IMG/VR virus record: IMGVR_UViG_3300025413_001239
From: a virus
Lineage: Duplodnaviria > Caudoviricetes
DNA: 64,000 nt
Reading direction: 5' to 3' (one strand)
Shown here: piece after piece, positions 28,110 through 37,779 of the stretch
How the letters are laid out: each line of letters begins with the position of its first letter
Position numbering within the stretch: the stretch's first letter is position 1
The notes under the pieces: model-generated
The model's database searches: none
Seen by the model: the letters and a program-made list of their open reading frames with translations, nothing else
Told to the model about the DNA's origin: nothing
Made by a program: the position numbers and the translations under genes

Positions 28110-29196
28110 TTTCTATATATTTAAATTTTTTATTATAAACACTATTTCTTTCACCTTTACATACCTTACAAATACTAGCTTCTTTTAAATTTAAGATATT
28201 AGCCGCATCCCTTATTGTATTAAATATCTGAATTATATTATTTTCATCATCTATTAATGCAATTTTTTTTCTTTTTGGTATTTTTGGTTTAGCACGTTCT
28301 TTATTGGCCCAATATTTATCCCTACCAATTTTTAATTTTTCAAGAGTTTCCTCTGTTTTTGGAACACCTTTATGTTTCTTACTAAGATTTTTAAGATGTT
28401 CTTTTCTTTTTTCAGTCATGATATATTCTTTTTTTATTTTAACTGGTTTTTCTTTTTTTAATCTGTAACCCTTGACAACATAATGAATTTCATTATTTAA
28501 ATTTTTTAAATTTAAATAATCGTCTTTACTAATATATTTCCAATCATAACCCATACCATTTATAGATTGCTTAGATAAATAACGTGTTATCGCACTTTCA
28601 CTAATATTTGTAAGTTTAATTGCCTCAGAAATTGATTGAAAAACATATATAACTCTATCATCTTTAAGTTGTGCAATACATCTACTAGTTGTATTATCTA
28701 TACCTTTAGGTGTGATTTTACCCTTGTTAGATAAACTAATTTTTAACTTTGTTTCTTGACTTAATATTCTACCCTTAGCTGATGGTGGTTTAAATCCAGA
28801 TTTTTTATGAGCTTCACTAATTTTTCGTTTAGCTTCTTCAGTATGTTTATACCCCTTATTCGCAACACTAATTTTTAATTTTATTTCATTGGTCAATTTA
28901 CTAGATTTTCCACCCTCTAAAATATTTAACATTTTATAACCTAAATCCTTATAGTGTTTGATATAATATATCTCGTATTCGTCAAATATACTCTGTTCAA
29001 TATTTAAGGGTAATTCTAGTATTATTTCAAAATTATGTGCATCAAACCCATATTTTTTAATTGAATTATATATTGCTGGTTGTTTTATTGTTTGTAATCT
29101 CCTGTAATTTGATTTTCTTTTAACAAGATTTCTAGTTTGTCCAATGTAAATTTTATTACTTGGCGATGTTATTTTGTAAATATAAGCTTTATTCAT
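28102..29196 (-). CDS. GIY-YIG homing endonuclease with NUMOD3/NUMOD1 repeats
   Basis: YIYKITSPSNKIYIGQT, HTEEAKRKIS, F.SISEA; likely start 29196. Confidence 0.9.
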   Translation of the reverse strand: MNKAYIYKITSPSNKIYIGQTRNLVKRKSNYRRLQTIKQPAIYNSIKKYGFDAHNFEIILELPLNIEQSIFDEYEIYYIKHYKDLGYKMLNILEGGKSSKLTNEIKLKISVANKGYKHTEEAKRKISEAHKKSGFKPPSAKGRILSQETKLKISLSNKGKITPKGIDNTTSRCIAQLKDDRVIYVFQSISEAIKLTNISESAITRYLSKQSINGMGYDWKYISKDDYLNLKNLNNEIHYVVKGYRLKKEKPVKIKKEYIMTEKRKEHLKNLSKKHKGVPKTEETLEKLKIGRDKYWANKERAKPKIPKRKKIALIDDENNIIQIFNTIRDAANILNLKEASICKVCKGERNSVYNKKFKYIENE

Positions 29197-29346
29197 AATG
29201 TTCTTTATTATAAATATCATAAGATTATATAATGTACAGTCAAAAAATAAAATCTATATAAATATTTTTTAAAAATTGCCATTTTAGTTGGTTCTAGGGT
29301 TGTTCTAAATTTTAATTAAATTATTAATTATTGGTAAATGTTTTAT

Positions 29347-29418
29347 TTAAGGGACACATTCAAATGAACTTCCTTCCCATTTAACGAGAGTGGGAAAATA
29401 CTTGTTAAAATTTGCCAT
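29347..29418 (-). pseudogene. Orphan 5' fragment of the endolysin gene
   Basis: MANFNKYFPTLVKWEGSSFECVP* vs endolysin MSDFKKYFPKLVQFEGSSFECVPG. Confidence 0.8.
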
Positions 29419-29646
29419 AATAACTATTTTATTATAAATATTTGATAAATTCAAAAAGGTTTCGTATATTTGCAAAAAATTACTTATTATGAATTTAGCA
29501 TCTGATTCTTTGTTACTTAATGCGCTTATGAATTCGATGTCAGGACAATCGAATAAATCACCGAAAGGTAATGACCCAACTAAATGGTTTTGGATTGGGA
29601 TTGGTATTGCTGTTGTAATAATTTTATTAACGCATAAAAAATAGAT

Positions 29647-30168
29647 ATGTTTAAAATTAATAGATTTTTTAGAAAGATTTGGAATTTGATTAGATGGTTT
29701 CCAATTATTTGGAAAGATGAAGATTTTGATGATTACTTTATATTTCAAATACTTAAGTTTAAATTAAAAAACCAATCTGAGTATATTGGTTATCATGATA
29801 GACACTTATCAGCAAAACGTGATGCTGAGAAAATGATGTTATGTGTTAAACTTATTGAAAGGGTTCAAGATGAATGGTATGGTGTTGAATATATGAGTTA
29901 TCATAATCCTCAATTTAATTGGATTGATTCAGTATCACATCCAGATTCATATGAATTGGATATTGTCGATGACCCTAATGATAATTTTGATGAATACTTT
30001 AAGAAGTATCCGTTAATTTATAAAAAAGTTATTAACGACCCTAAGCCAATTTTTGGTAATGATTCTAGATTTCGTATCGCTATGAATATAGCACATATAA
30101 ACGAAGAAAGAGCACATAAGTTATTATTCAATATTCTGCAAAGTGATATTCGTAAATGGTGGGATTAA
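29647..30168 (+). CDS. Hypothetical phage protein
   Basis: ORF track. Confidence 0.65.
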   Translation: MFKINRFFRKIWNLIRWFPIIWKDEDFDDYFIFQILKFKLKNQSEYIGYHDRHLSAKRDAEKMMLCVKLIERVQDEWYGVEYMSYHNPQFNWIDSVSHPDSYELDIVDDPNDNFDEYFKKYPLIYKKVINDPKPIFGNDSRFRIAMNIAHINEERAHKLLFNILQSDIRKWWD

Positions 30169-30329
30169 AATTTAAAGGATGATTTTTAGATTGCTTTCTA
30201 AATTAATTGATTTAACATCACATATTGTTAATCTAGCAATAAAACTCAGATGGTGGGGCTTAGTTAATAAGCTTGTCAATTTTAAGAAAAAAAACATAGC
30301 AGCTAATGCTAGAAAATTTGTTAAAACAC

Positions 30330-30707
30330 ATGAATAAGTTAAACGCTGATGGTGAAAGAGATGGCTATTGGGAGGAAACCACCGAATTTGGTTCTTTTGA
30401 TAAAAAGTGGTATATAAACGGTAAACTTGATGGTTTATTTGAGCAGTATTTCAGTAATGGTCAATTACGTTTTAGAATATTTTTTAAAGATGGTTTACGA
30501 CATGGTCCGTATGAAGAATATTGGAATAATGGTCAATTAGATAATCGTGGTACCCGTAAAAATGGTAACCTTCATGGTTTTTGTGAGTCTTATTGGTCTG
30601 ATGGTGAAGTTTATTTTAAGGGGTTTTTTAAAGATGGTGTCGAGTTTGGTTTTTTCGTTGAGGGGTTTGATTCATCAGACAAAATTTTTAACGTATTTTA
30701 TTTATAA
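30330..30707 (+). CDS. MORN-variant/YwqK-like repeat protein
   Basis: MNKLNADGERDGYWE..HGPYEEYWNNG..FYL; likely start 30330. Confidence 0.8.
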   Translation: MNKLNADGERDGYWEETTEFGSFDKKWYINGKLDGLFEQYFSNGQLRFRIFFKDGLRHGPYEEYWNNGQLDNRGTRKNGNLHGFCESYWSDGEVYFKGFFKDGVEFGFFVEGFDSSDKIFNVFYL

Positions 30708-30718
30708 AAAATTATATT

Positions 30719-31407
30719 ATGGGTGATATTGAATGTGGTAATTGTGATATTTGTAAAAAAGAAAATGTTGTTGGTATTGAAAGAACTTATTTTAGATATG
30801 AAGGTGTAAAGTGTGAATGTCATGGTAACTATCATTTTGAACTTGTTAGGCATTGTCCCACTTGCACCCCAAAAGAACCTGTTGAAACTAAAATTCACAT
30901 AAGGACAAGTTTACTAAGTAAAATTTCAATTGAAAAGAAAAAAGCTATGCGAAATGATGCTACAGCTATTTTCGAATTAAATAAAGGTTTTACATCTCAA
31001 ACAGATGACAACGCAATGAAAGCAGCATTAGATATGGCGGCGCATGTATTGTCATTAACCACAGATGTATAATTTTATAAAAAAAATAGGTGCTGGCTTG
31101 GCTGGTGGCGATTGGAATAGAATTAAAGTAATCATCCAGACTGAATTAAAGGATATGGATGTAACAGTTGTAATTTATAAACCGCAATAAAATGGCAAAG
31201 ACAACAATAACAACGACAATTGAGTTAACTACTGAACAATTAACGAGCCTGATTAAGGGCTATTTTAAGGATAAGAAGGGCCTCGATGTAACAAAGGTTA
31301 CCTATAAGGTATCTGACACATCTGATGACCGTTTTGGTGGTTATCCTTCGTATAATCTAACTAAGATTGAAATAATCAATGAGGTTAACGAAGATACTAT
31401 AATTTAG
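30719..31407 (+). other. Two small hypothetical genes (30719-31072 Cys-rich; 31192-31407)
   Basis: ORF track. Confidence 0.55.
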
Positions 31408-31455
31408 TTTTGGTGGATTAAATAAAATCCCTTACATTTGCTGAAAATAAAAATA

Positions 31456-33051
31456 ATGGAAAAGTATATAACAGCAATGTTCGCTTACCCATCTGGTAGT
31501 GGACTTCATATTGGGCATTGGTATAATTATGCCATTGTGGATTCATATTGCAAAGTACAAAAATACAAGGGTAATCAAGTGTTTCAACCGTTTGGTTGGG
31601 ATTCATTTGGTCTTCCTGCTGAGAACTACGCTAAAAAAGTTGGTCGTAACCCTAAAGAGGTTACGGAAGAAAATATTGTTTCGTTTGAAAATGAGATGAA
31701 ACGAATGAATACTTCATTCGATATTAAGTTCTCAACACATTCTGAGGAGTATCAAGAGCGCACTCAATGGCTTTTTAATAAGCTTAAAGAACATGGCCTT
31801 GCATATAAGGCTAAACGTGCGCAATGTTATTGCCCATCGTGTGAAACTGTTCTTGCAAATGAACAAGTTAAGAATACTAAAGTAGTGTCTGGTCTTCCTG
31901 ACGATGGCAACTGTGAACGTTGTAATACAAAAGTTACTGTCGTTGAAAAAGAACAATGGTTCTTTAAGATAACAGCTTATGCTGACCGTCTTATTGAAGG
32001 ACTTAACACAGTTGATTACCCTAATAAGACAAAAAAGCAACAAATAGAATGGATTGGTAAATCTGAGGGCTATGAAATAGACTTCGGTAACGGTGTCGTA
32101 GTGTTTACTACAAAGCCTGAAACAATCCTTGATGTTGAGTTTATCGTTGTACCTCTTGAAGAAGATGGTATCGAAAAACAAATAGGTGAAGCAACATGCC
32201 CAGTCAGCGGTAAAACTATTCCTATTTGGACAGCCAATTATGTTATTAAGGGTTACGGTACTGGTTACGTTATGGGTGTTCCTAACGATGATAAGAGGGA
32301 CCGAGACTTCGCTATCAGACATGCAATCGAATTTAATGAAGATAAAAGCAATATCTCAGATGAATCGTTTGTGAAGACTTTTGCTAAACCTAAGACTAAT
32401 TACAGACTTAAGGATTGGTGTGTATCGAGGCAAAGAAGCTGGGGTTGTCCTATTCCTGTTGAGGATGAAACAGATACGCTTGACACGTTTGTAGATAGTT
32501 CATTTTATACTATTGAATACGATAAGACAAGACCTGTTGATGTTTATGTTGGTGGTAACGAACACGCATGTGGTCATTTGATTTTTTCCAGATTTATCTG
32601 TAAATTTTTATTTGATATTGGTTATATTGATTTCGATGAACCATTTAAACAAGTGATTCATCAAGGTATGATACTTGGAACCGATGGTGAGAAGATGTCT
32701 AAATCTAAGGGTAATGTAATTAACCCTGATAGCTATTCACCTCAATTATTAAAAATGTATCTAATGTTTATAAACCATTATTTTGATGGCGGTAAATGGC
32801 AAGATAACGGATATAAAGGTTGTGAAAGATTTAAAAATAAATTATTTAACTGGCTTAATACAGCTGAGGATAACATTACCGATACAATTGATTTTTATAA
32901 ATTTGAATCAGTTATTTTAGACTATTGGGATAGATGGAAAACAAATAAAGTTGTTTCGGAATGGATGGTTTTTTATAATAACAATAAAGATAAAAAAATT
33001 AGCAAAGAGATGGCTACAAAAATAGAGTATTTCTTCAATACTTGTTTTTAA
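31456..33051 (+). CDS. leuS: Leucyl-tRNA synthetase, shortened form
   Basis: MFAYPSGSGLHIGH, GWDSFGLPAENYA, WCVSRQRSWG, DTFVDSS, YVGGNEHA, KMSKS. Confidence 0.9.
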   Translation: MEKYITAMFAYPSGSGLHIGHWYNYAIVDSYCKVQKYKGNQVFQPFGWDSFGLPAENYAKKVGRNPKEVTEENIVSFENEMKRMNTSFDIKFSTHSEEYQERTQWLFNKLKEHGLAYKAKRAQCYCPSCETVLANEQVKNTKVVSGLPDDGNCERCNTKVTVVEKEQWFFKITAYADRLIEGLNTVDYPNKTKKQQIEWIGKSEGYEIDFGNGVVVFTTKPETILDVEFIVVPLEEDGIEKQIGEATCPVSGKTIPIWTANYVIKGYGTGYVMGVPNDDKRDRDFAIRHAIEFNEDKSNISDESFVKTFAKPKTNYRLKDWCVSRQRSWGCPIPVEDETDTLDTFVDSSFYTIEYDKTRPVDVYVGGNEHACGHLIFSRFICKFLFDIGYIDFDEPFKQVIHQGMILGTDGEKMSKSKGNVINPDSYSPQLLKMYLMFINHYFDGGKWQDNGYKGCERFKNKLFNWLNTAEDNITDTIDFYKFESVILDYWDRWKTNKVVSEWMVFYNNNKDKKISKEMATKIEYFFNTCF

Positions 33052-33063
33052 AACATATGGGGG

Positions 33064-33807
33064 TTACCCCATATGTTTTGTTATTTCTTTAAACCAATTA
33101 TTTTTATTTGAAATAGTATATGCACTAGGTGAATTTTTTCTAAACTCTTCTTTAAGTTTATATTTATTTGCTTCCTCAATACATTTTTCAATTGTCCAAT
33201 AACCTACAGGTTTTCTTAATTCTGGAAATATTTTCATTATATCATTTAACCAATTATTTTTTTTTGCTGATGACCAAGCACCATGGTATTTTGTAATAAA
33301 TTCTTTTTTTGATTTACAATTTTTTGCCGCCTCATAACATTTATCTTTAGTCCAATATAATTTACCTGTCCCTAATTCACCACCATCACTTTTATTTAAT
33401 ACTGTCCAATTTAATTCTCTATATTTTTTTATTAATGACTTTTCAATTTGAATTGCTTCATCTAAATTTATATAATCGGAAATTTGAATTAAATTTGGTT
33501 CTAAACCAGTTTTCATAATATGTTGGTATACTGGACTATTAATTCTATGGTGGTTTTTATTTCGTTCATTTAAATTATGGGTTATACCAATATATATTGT
33601 TTTTTCACTAAACTCGTATATATAAACGCATCTAAATAGTTTATTACCTTTAATGTTCTCATAATTAGACCAAATTTCATTAACCCAACCATTTCTTCTC
33701 ATAGCCATAAATGCACCAGCAGCATTTTTAACAAAATCTTTTTTAGTTGAATATTTTTTTGATTCCTCAATACATTTTTCCTTTGTCCAATATTTTTTCT
33801 TTCTCAT
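33064..33807 (-). CDS. GIY-YIG-type homing endonuclease with YWTKEKC repeats
   Basis: VYIYEF..IYIGIT core flanked by three W-T-x-E-K-C repeats. Confidence 0.8.
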   Translation of the reverse strand: MRKKKYWTKEKCIEESKKYSTKKDFVKNAAGAFMAMRRNGWVNEIWSNYENIKGNKLFRCVYIYEFSEKTIYIGITHNLNERNKNHHRINSPVYQHIMKTGLEPNLIQISDYINLDEAIQIEKSLIKKYRELNWTVLNKSDGGELGTGKLYWTKDKCYEAAKNCKSKKEFITKYHGAWSSAKKNNWLNDIMKIFPELRKPVGYWTIEKCIEEANKYKLKEEFRKNSPSAYTISNKNNWFKEITKHMG

Positions 33808-34274
33808 ATTAATAAATATATGTAAAAATTAAAAAGAGCATAAAAATTTTGATTTGCACCTTATTTATTTTTAAAATAATTGTTTGTATCAAAATTTTTT
33901 AGTATCTTCGCATAAAAGTAAAGTAATATGACAACAGTATTCGCAATGTTGGCGGTTTTTATTAGTCTTTTTGGTAATAAAATACATGAATTATGTATTC
34001 ATATTGCTGTAAAATTATATTTGTATTTTAATAAAAGTTAAGTAATATGACAACAGTATTCGCAATTCTAGCATGGTTATTCTTAGCAAAGATTGTTTTT
34101 GAAAAACAATATAAGGCTTGTTTTAAAGCTGGTACGTATAGTAGTGATTCAGATAAACGATTTACAGCAAGATTATTTGCTATATTTGCACCATTAACTG
34201 TAATAATTTATGCAATTCGTGCAGTTTTTTTTGAAGATTGGATTTAATTCCATATCTTTGTTGAAAATACACAT

Positions 34275-35000
34275 ATGGTACAACAGTTATTGAGTTTGTT
34301 AGTTCTAGTAATACTAGAGTTGGTGTTAGGTATTGATAACCTTATCTTCGTGAATATTATCATTGATAACTCACATCATAAGGTAAGAACCAAACTAAGG
34401 AGGGTTTGGGCTATTTGTGGTGTTATCACTAGGTCAATCTTATTGTTTGGTTTAAGTTGGCTTTTATCACAGAAGGGTAAACCTATTATAACGCTTTTTG
34501 ATAAGGGTTTTGATTTAGCTAGTCTGGTTATGTTATCGGGTGGTTTATTCCTGATATATAAGACTGTATTAGAGATACATGAGAAGCTAGAAGGTGAATC
34601 AACGCATTCACATAGCAATCATCAAATGCCGTTTCATAAGGCTGTAATCCAAATCATTCTTATTGATATGGTATTTAGCTTTGATAGTGTGATAACCGCT
34701 GGCGGTACGGCAAAGGTACTATGGGTCATGATTTTGGCCGTTATTATCGCCATGATTGGCATGTTTTACTTTAGTGAAGCAATCGCCAACTTTATACATA
34801 AGAGGCCAACCCTTAAGATATTAGCCCTGTCGTTTTTGGTTATGATTGGGTTTACGCTAGTAGTTGAAGGATTCAGTAGTGAAGCTGCTGAAACACTTAA
34901 CCTAAAGAATTACGTTTATTTTGCGATGTTATTCTCGTTTGGTGTTGAGTTAATTAATTTAAGAATCAGAAAAAAGAAGAATTATGATATTGATAAGTAG
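34275..35000 (+). CDS. TerC-family membrane protein
   Basis: LELVLGIDNL, DMVFSFDSVITA, Y.YFAMLFS. Confidence 0.9.
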   Translation: MVQQLLSLLVLVILELVLGIDNLIFVNIIIDNSHHKVRTKLRRVWAICGVITRSILLFGLSWLLSQKGKPIITLFDKGFDLASLVMLSGGLFLIYKTVLEIHEKLEGESTHSHSNHQMPFHKAVIQIILIDMVFSFDSVITAGGTAKVLWVMILAVIIAMIGMFYFSEAIANFIHKRPTLKILALSFLVMIGFTLVVEGFSSEAAETLNLKNYVYFAMLFSFGVELINLRIRKKKNYDIDK

Positions 35001-35310
35001 TCCTTATAGTCACCCAGATGTGACGATTAAGATGGAAAGGGTTAAGAAGATTGCAATATTTGTTGATGCTGAAATCAAGAAAAGCAATTTGGTTTTCTCA
35101 CCAGTATTATATGGACTTAAGGTCTTACAATATGTGGATGGAATGGACGATTGGGCAACATGGAAAACATTTTGCGAAAACGCAATTTTGGTATCTAATG
35201 AAGTTTGGGTGCTTATGTTCGAAGGTTGGGATAAATCCACAGGTGTTAAGGCTGAGATTGAATTCGCAATAGCTAATAACATCCCAGTCAAGTATATAAC
35301 CATTGAGTAA
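34984..35310 (+). CDS. DUF1937-like protein
   Basis: ISSPYSHPD, VFSPV, GWDKSTGV.AEIEFA. Confidence 0.75.
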   Translation: MILISSPYSHPDVTIKMERVKKIAIFVDAEIKKSNLVFSPVLYGLKVLQYVDGMDDWATWKTFCENAILVSNEVWVLMFEGWDKSTGVKAEIEFAIANNIPVKYITIE

Positions 35311-36298
35311 TGTTAGAGTTCAAAAAGCCTATACCTGTTATCGTTGAAGAAGACAAAGAAGGCTACGCATTATATGTTACTGATAGTGGTCTATTAGAGA
35401 ATGACATTTGGTGTATTGTGTTATGTGATGGTGGTCATGTTAGACATTATCGTTCTGACCAAATTAAAATTCATGCAAACGCAACGTTTGGGATTAAAAA
35501 AGATAAAAATGAAAAAGATTAAAGGTTTAGTGTTAATTGTACTTGGTGTACTTATTTTTATGTCGGGTCTGGTTATACTTACATCAAGCACCGATAGAGA
35601 TAATAATTATTTTTATTACAGTCGTGGTTATACCTTAATTGAAAAAAATCAGGGTGGCCATGAGTATAAGGGTAGATACAATGGTGATTATTTCTTCACT
35701 GTACGGTATGATGACGATAAGAATACTTTTTGGACTAAAGAGGTTATAGTTAAATATATCTAGGAAATTTTATTAAATCTTATTATGTTTATCAAAAAAT
35801 GTAGGAAATCTAAATTTAAAAATAAAATAACCATTTTAACCAAGGTTAATTATTTAATTAAAAGTGGTCGATGGAATAACAAAGATAATAGCCATCGCAT
35901 TTACTATTGTGAAACTTGTAAAGCATGGCATATGACTTCTATGGTTGAGTCAGAATTTGACCCGACAATAAAGCCTGTTGATGTTACTGTTACATTCACT
36001 GATAGATGGGATGCATTACTAAAAAAAGATATATGATTTGGTTGTATATCATTTTAGGTTATTTCTTTTTATATAAGTTATTTTCAAACAGCAAATTACA
36101 TGATGAATAATTATGGGAAAATTAATAGTTAAGTACAATGGTGGGTTAAGCGCAATTTTATGCTCGTTGTGTGAAAAGATTATAAAGACTGGCAAGGACT
36201 ACACAGATGAAGAAGCAGCTTATTCTAGGGGTGAAATTAAGGATTTACCTGAACAGCATTGTGATAGTTGTAAATTACTTCTTGGTAAACCCAAATAA
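35310..36298 (+). other. Small hypothetical genes (35310, ~35510, 35785, 36113)
   Basis: ORF track. Confidence 0.5.
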
Positions 36299-36315
36299 TT
36301 TCGTATATTTGCAGC

Positions 36316-37050
36316 ATGTGTTATAAAAAGAAAATATTATTGGTCTTATTTACCCTTATATTCACATGTATAAGGGGTCAATTTAAAAGTACTAGCTCAA
36401 TTGGTGGTAATTATTCACAAGGAAATACTGGCCTTATGCTTGGTTCACTTCAATCTGTTTTACAGTTTGATTCAACTAAGTTTTATGCTAATGTATCACC
36501 TTACTTTTGTTATAGCCAAGTCATGTCTGGTGGTCAATGGGTTACAAAGCAACGTGAATCATACTTAACCACTTCATTTTTAAGAAAATTTGATGATGTC
36601 AATTTCTATGTATTTACAGATGTAGAAAATTCACTTCAAAAGAAATTCAATTTAAGAGCATCTGTTGGTGTTGGTTTAGGTAAATACATTGAAAATAAAA
36701 ATATACGTATATCAACTTCTTTAGGTGTTATGCCTGAATATTATAGTTCATTTTCAAATCAAATTGAAAAGTCCTTAAGATTATCTTTAAGATTACATAT
36801 ACAAACTAAAGGTAAAATGAATTTTAGCACTATAACGCTTATACAACCAGCGATTCTCATGGACCCATTCATAGGTTATAAAAATAACTTTAATTTGAGG
36901 TCAACAAATAACTTTAGTGTTCCGATAAGTAAAACGTTATCAGTAGGTTTACAAGTACTTGTAACAACATCTACGTTATCTGAATACACCAGTACAACGA
37001 TAAAAGCAACGGATATTACTTCATCATTCATAATAACATATTCAAAATAA
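36316..37050 (+). CDS. Putative outer-membrane beta-barrel (DUF481-like)
   Basis: Signal peptide, alternating beta-strand pattern, GGNYSQGN, GVGLG. Confidence 0.6.
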   Translation: MCYKKKILLVLFTLIFTCIRGQFKSTSSIGGNYSQGNTGLMLGSLQSVLQFDSTKFYANVSPYFCYSQVMSGGQWVTKQRESYLTTSFLRKFDDVNFYVFTDVENSLQKKFNLRASVGVGLGKYIENKNIRISTSLGVMPEYYSSFSNQIEKSLRLSLRLHIQTKGKMNFSTITLIQPAILMDPFIGYKNNFNLRSTNNFSVPISKTLSVGLQVLVTTSTLSEYTSTTIKATDITSSFIITYSK

Positions 37051-37267
37051 ATTTCATCAAAACGATAAAAAAACTAAAATAAATTTGTTTAATTCAATAA
37101 AATTAAGTATATTTGCAACATGAAAATAAATAGAAAGTTACTCGTCTTGATTACAAGCATTATCTTTGTAATCCCTTTTGTAATACTAGTTATATGTGCT
37201 ATTGATGCATCTCTTTATGGTCGTTCATTTGGTAGTACAGTTTTAGATAATTTAATAAATGATTAGC

Positions 37268-37756
37268 ATGAAAAAGTTATTCACACTATTTATGGTATTG
37301 ATTACCATATCTTCATATTCACAGAAATACATATCGTTCACGCCATCAATATTTACAAACGCTGGTTCATTCAATGATAGATTTAGCCCAACAATTGAGG
37401 TTGGACAACAATTTAAATCCTTTAGTCTTGGGTTAGACGTTGGTAAGCTAAATACAACACCACAAAATAGAAATGGTTATAAGGATAGCACTTTCTATTT
37501 TGAAGTTAGACCCAATCTGAATGTATTTCAACAAGATAAATTTACAAATACACTTACAATTGGTTTAGGTTATGTTGTTAATTCATCACAACCAATTATG
37601 AATGAATTTACAACTGGTATGGAATATACACCTAATGAAAGATGGTCTTATAATATTTACTTCGGTACTTATTACTTTAGTGGTAAATCAGCTGCTAGTA
37701 ATAGCAATTTTTTTGGCGTATCTTTTATGTATTTTCTTAAACCTTATAAATTTTAG
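37268..37756 (+). CDS. Putative small outer-membrane beta-barrel protein
   Basis: MKKLFTLF signal peptide, amphipathic strands, aromatic C-terminus. Confidence 0.55.
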   Translation: MKKLFTLFMVLITISSYSQKYISFTPSIFTNAGSFNDRFSPTIEVGQQFKSFSLGLDVGKLNTTPQNRNGYKDSTFYFEVRPNLNVFQQDKFTNTLTIGLGYVVNSSQPIMNEFTTGMEYTPNERWSYNIYFGTYYFSGKSAASNSNFFGVSFMYFLKPYKF

Positions 37757-37779
37757 ATATATATTAAATAAAAAATAAT

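Noticed and set aside
28110-29346. Group I intron in the endolysin (CCT/TAA resembles a 5' splice site)
   Set aside because: The downstream gene has its own complete 5' end and the flanks are too short and AT-rich for a ribozyme core.
35761-35785. TAG readthrough fusing ORF ~35510 to 35785
   Set aside because: In frame, but easily chance; no motif evidence for a fused protein.
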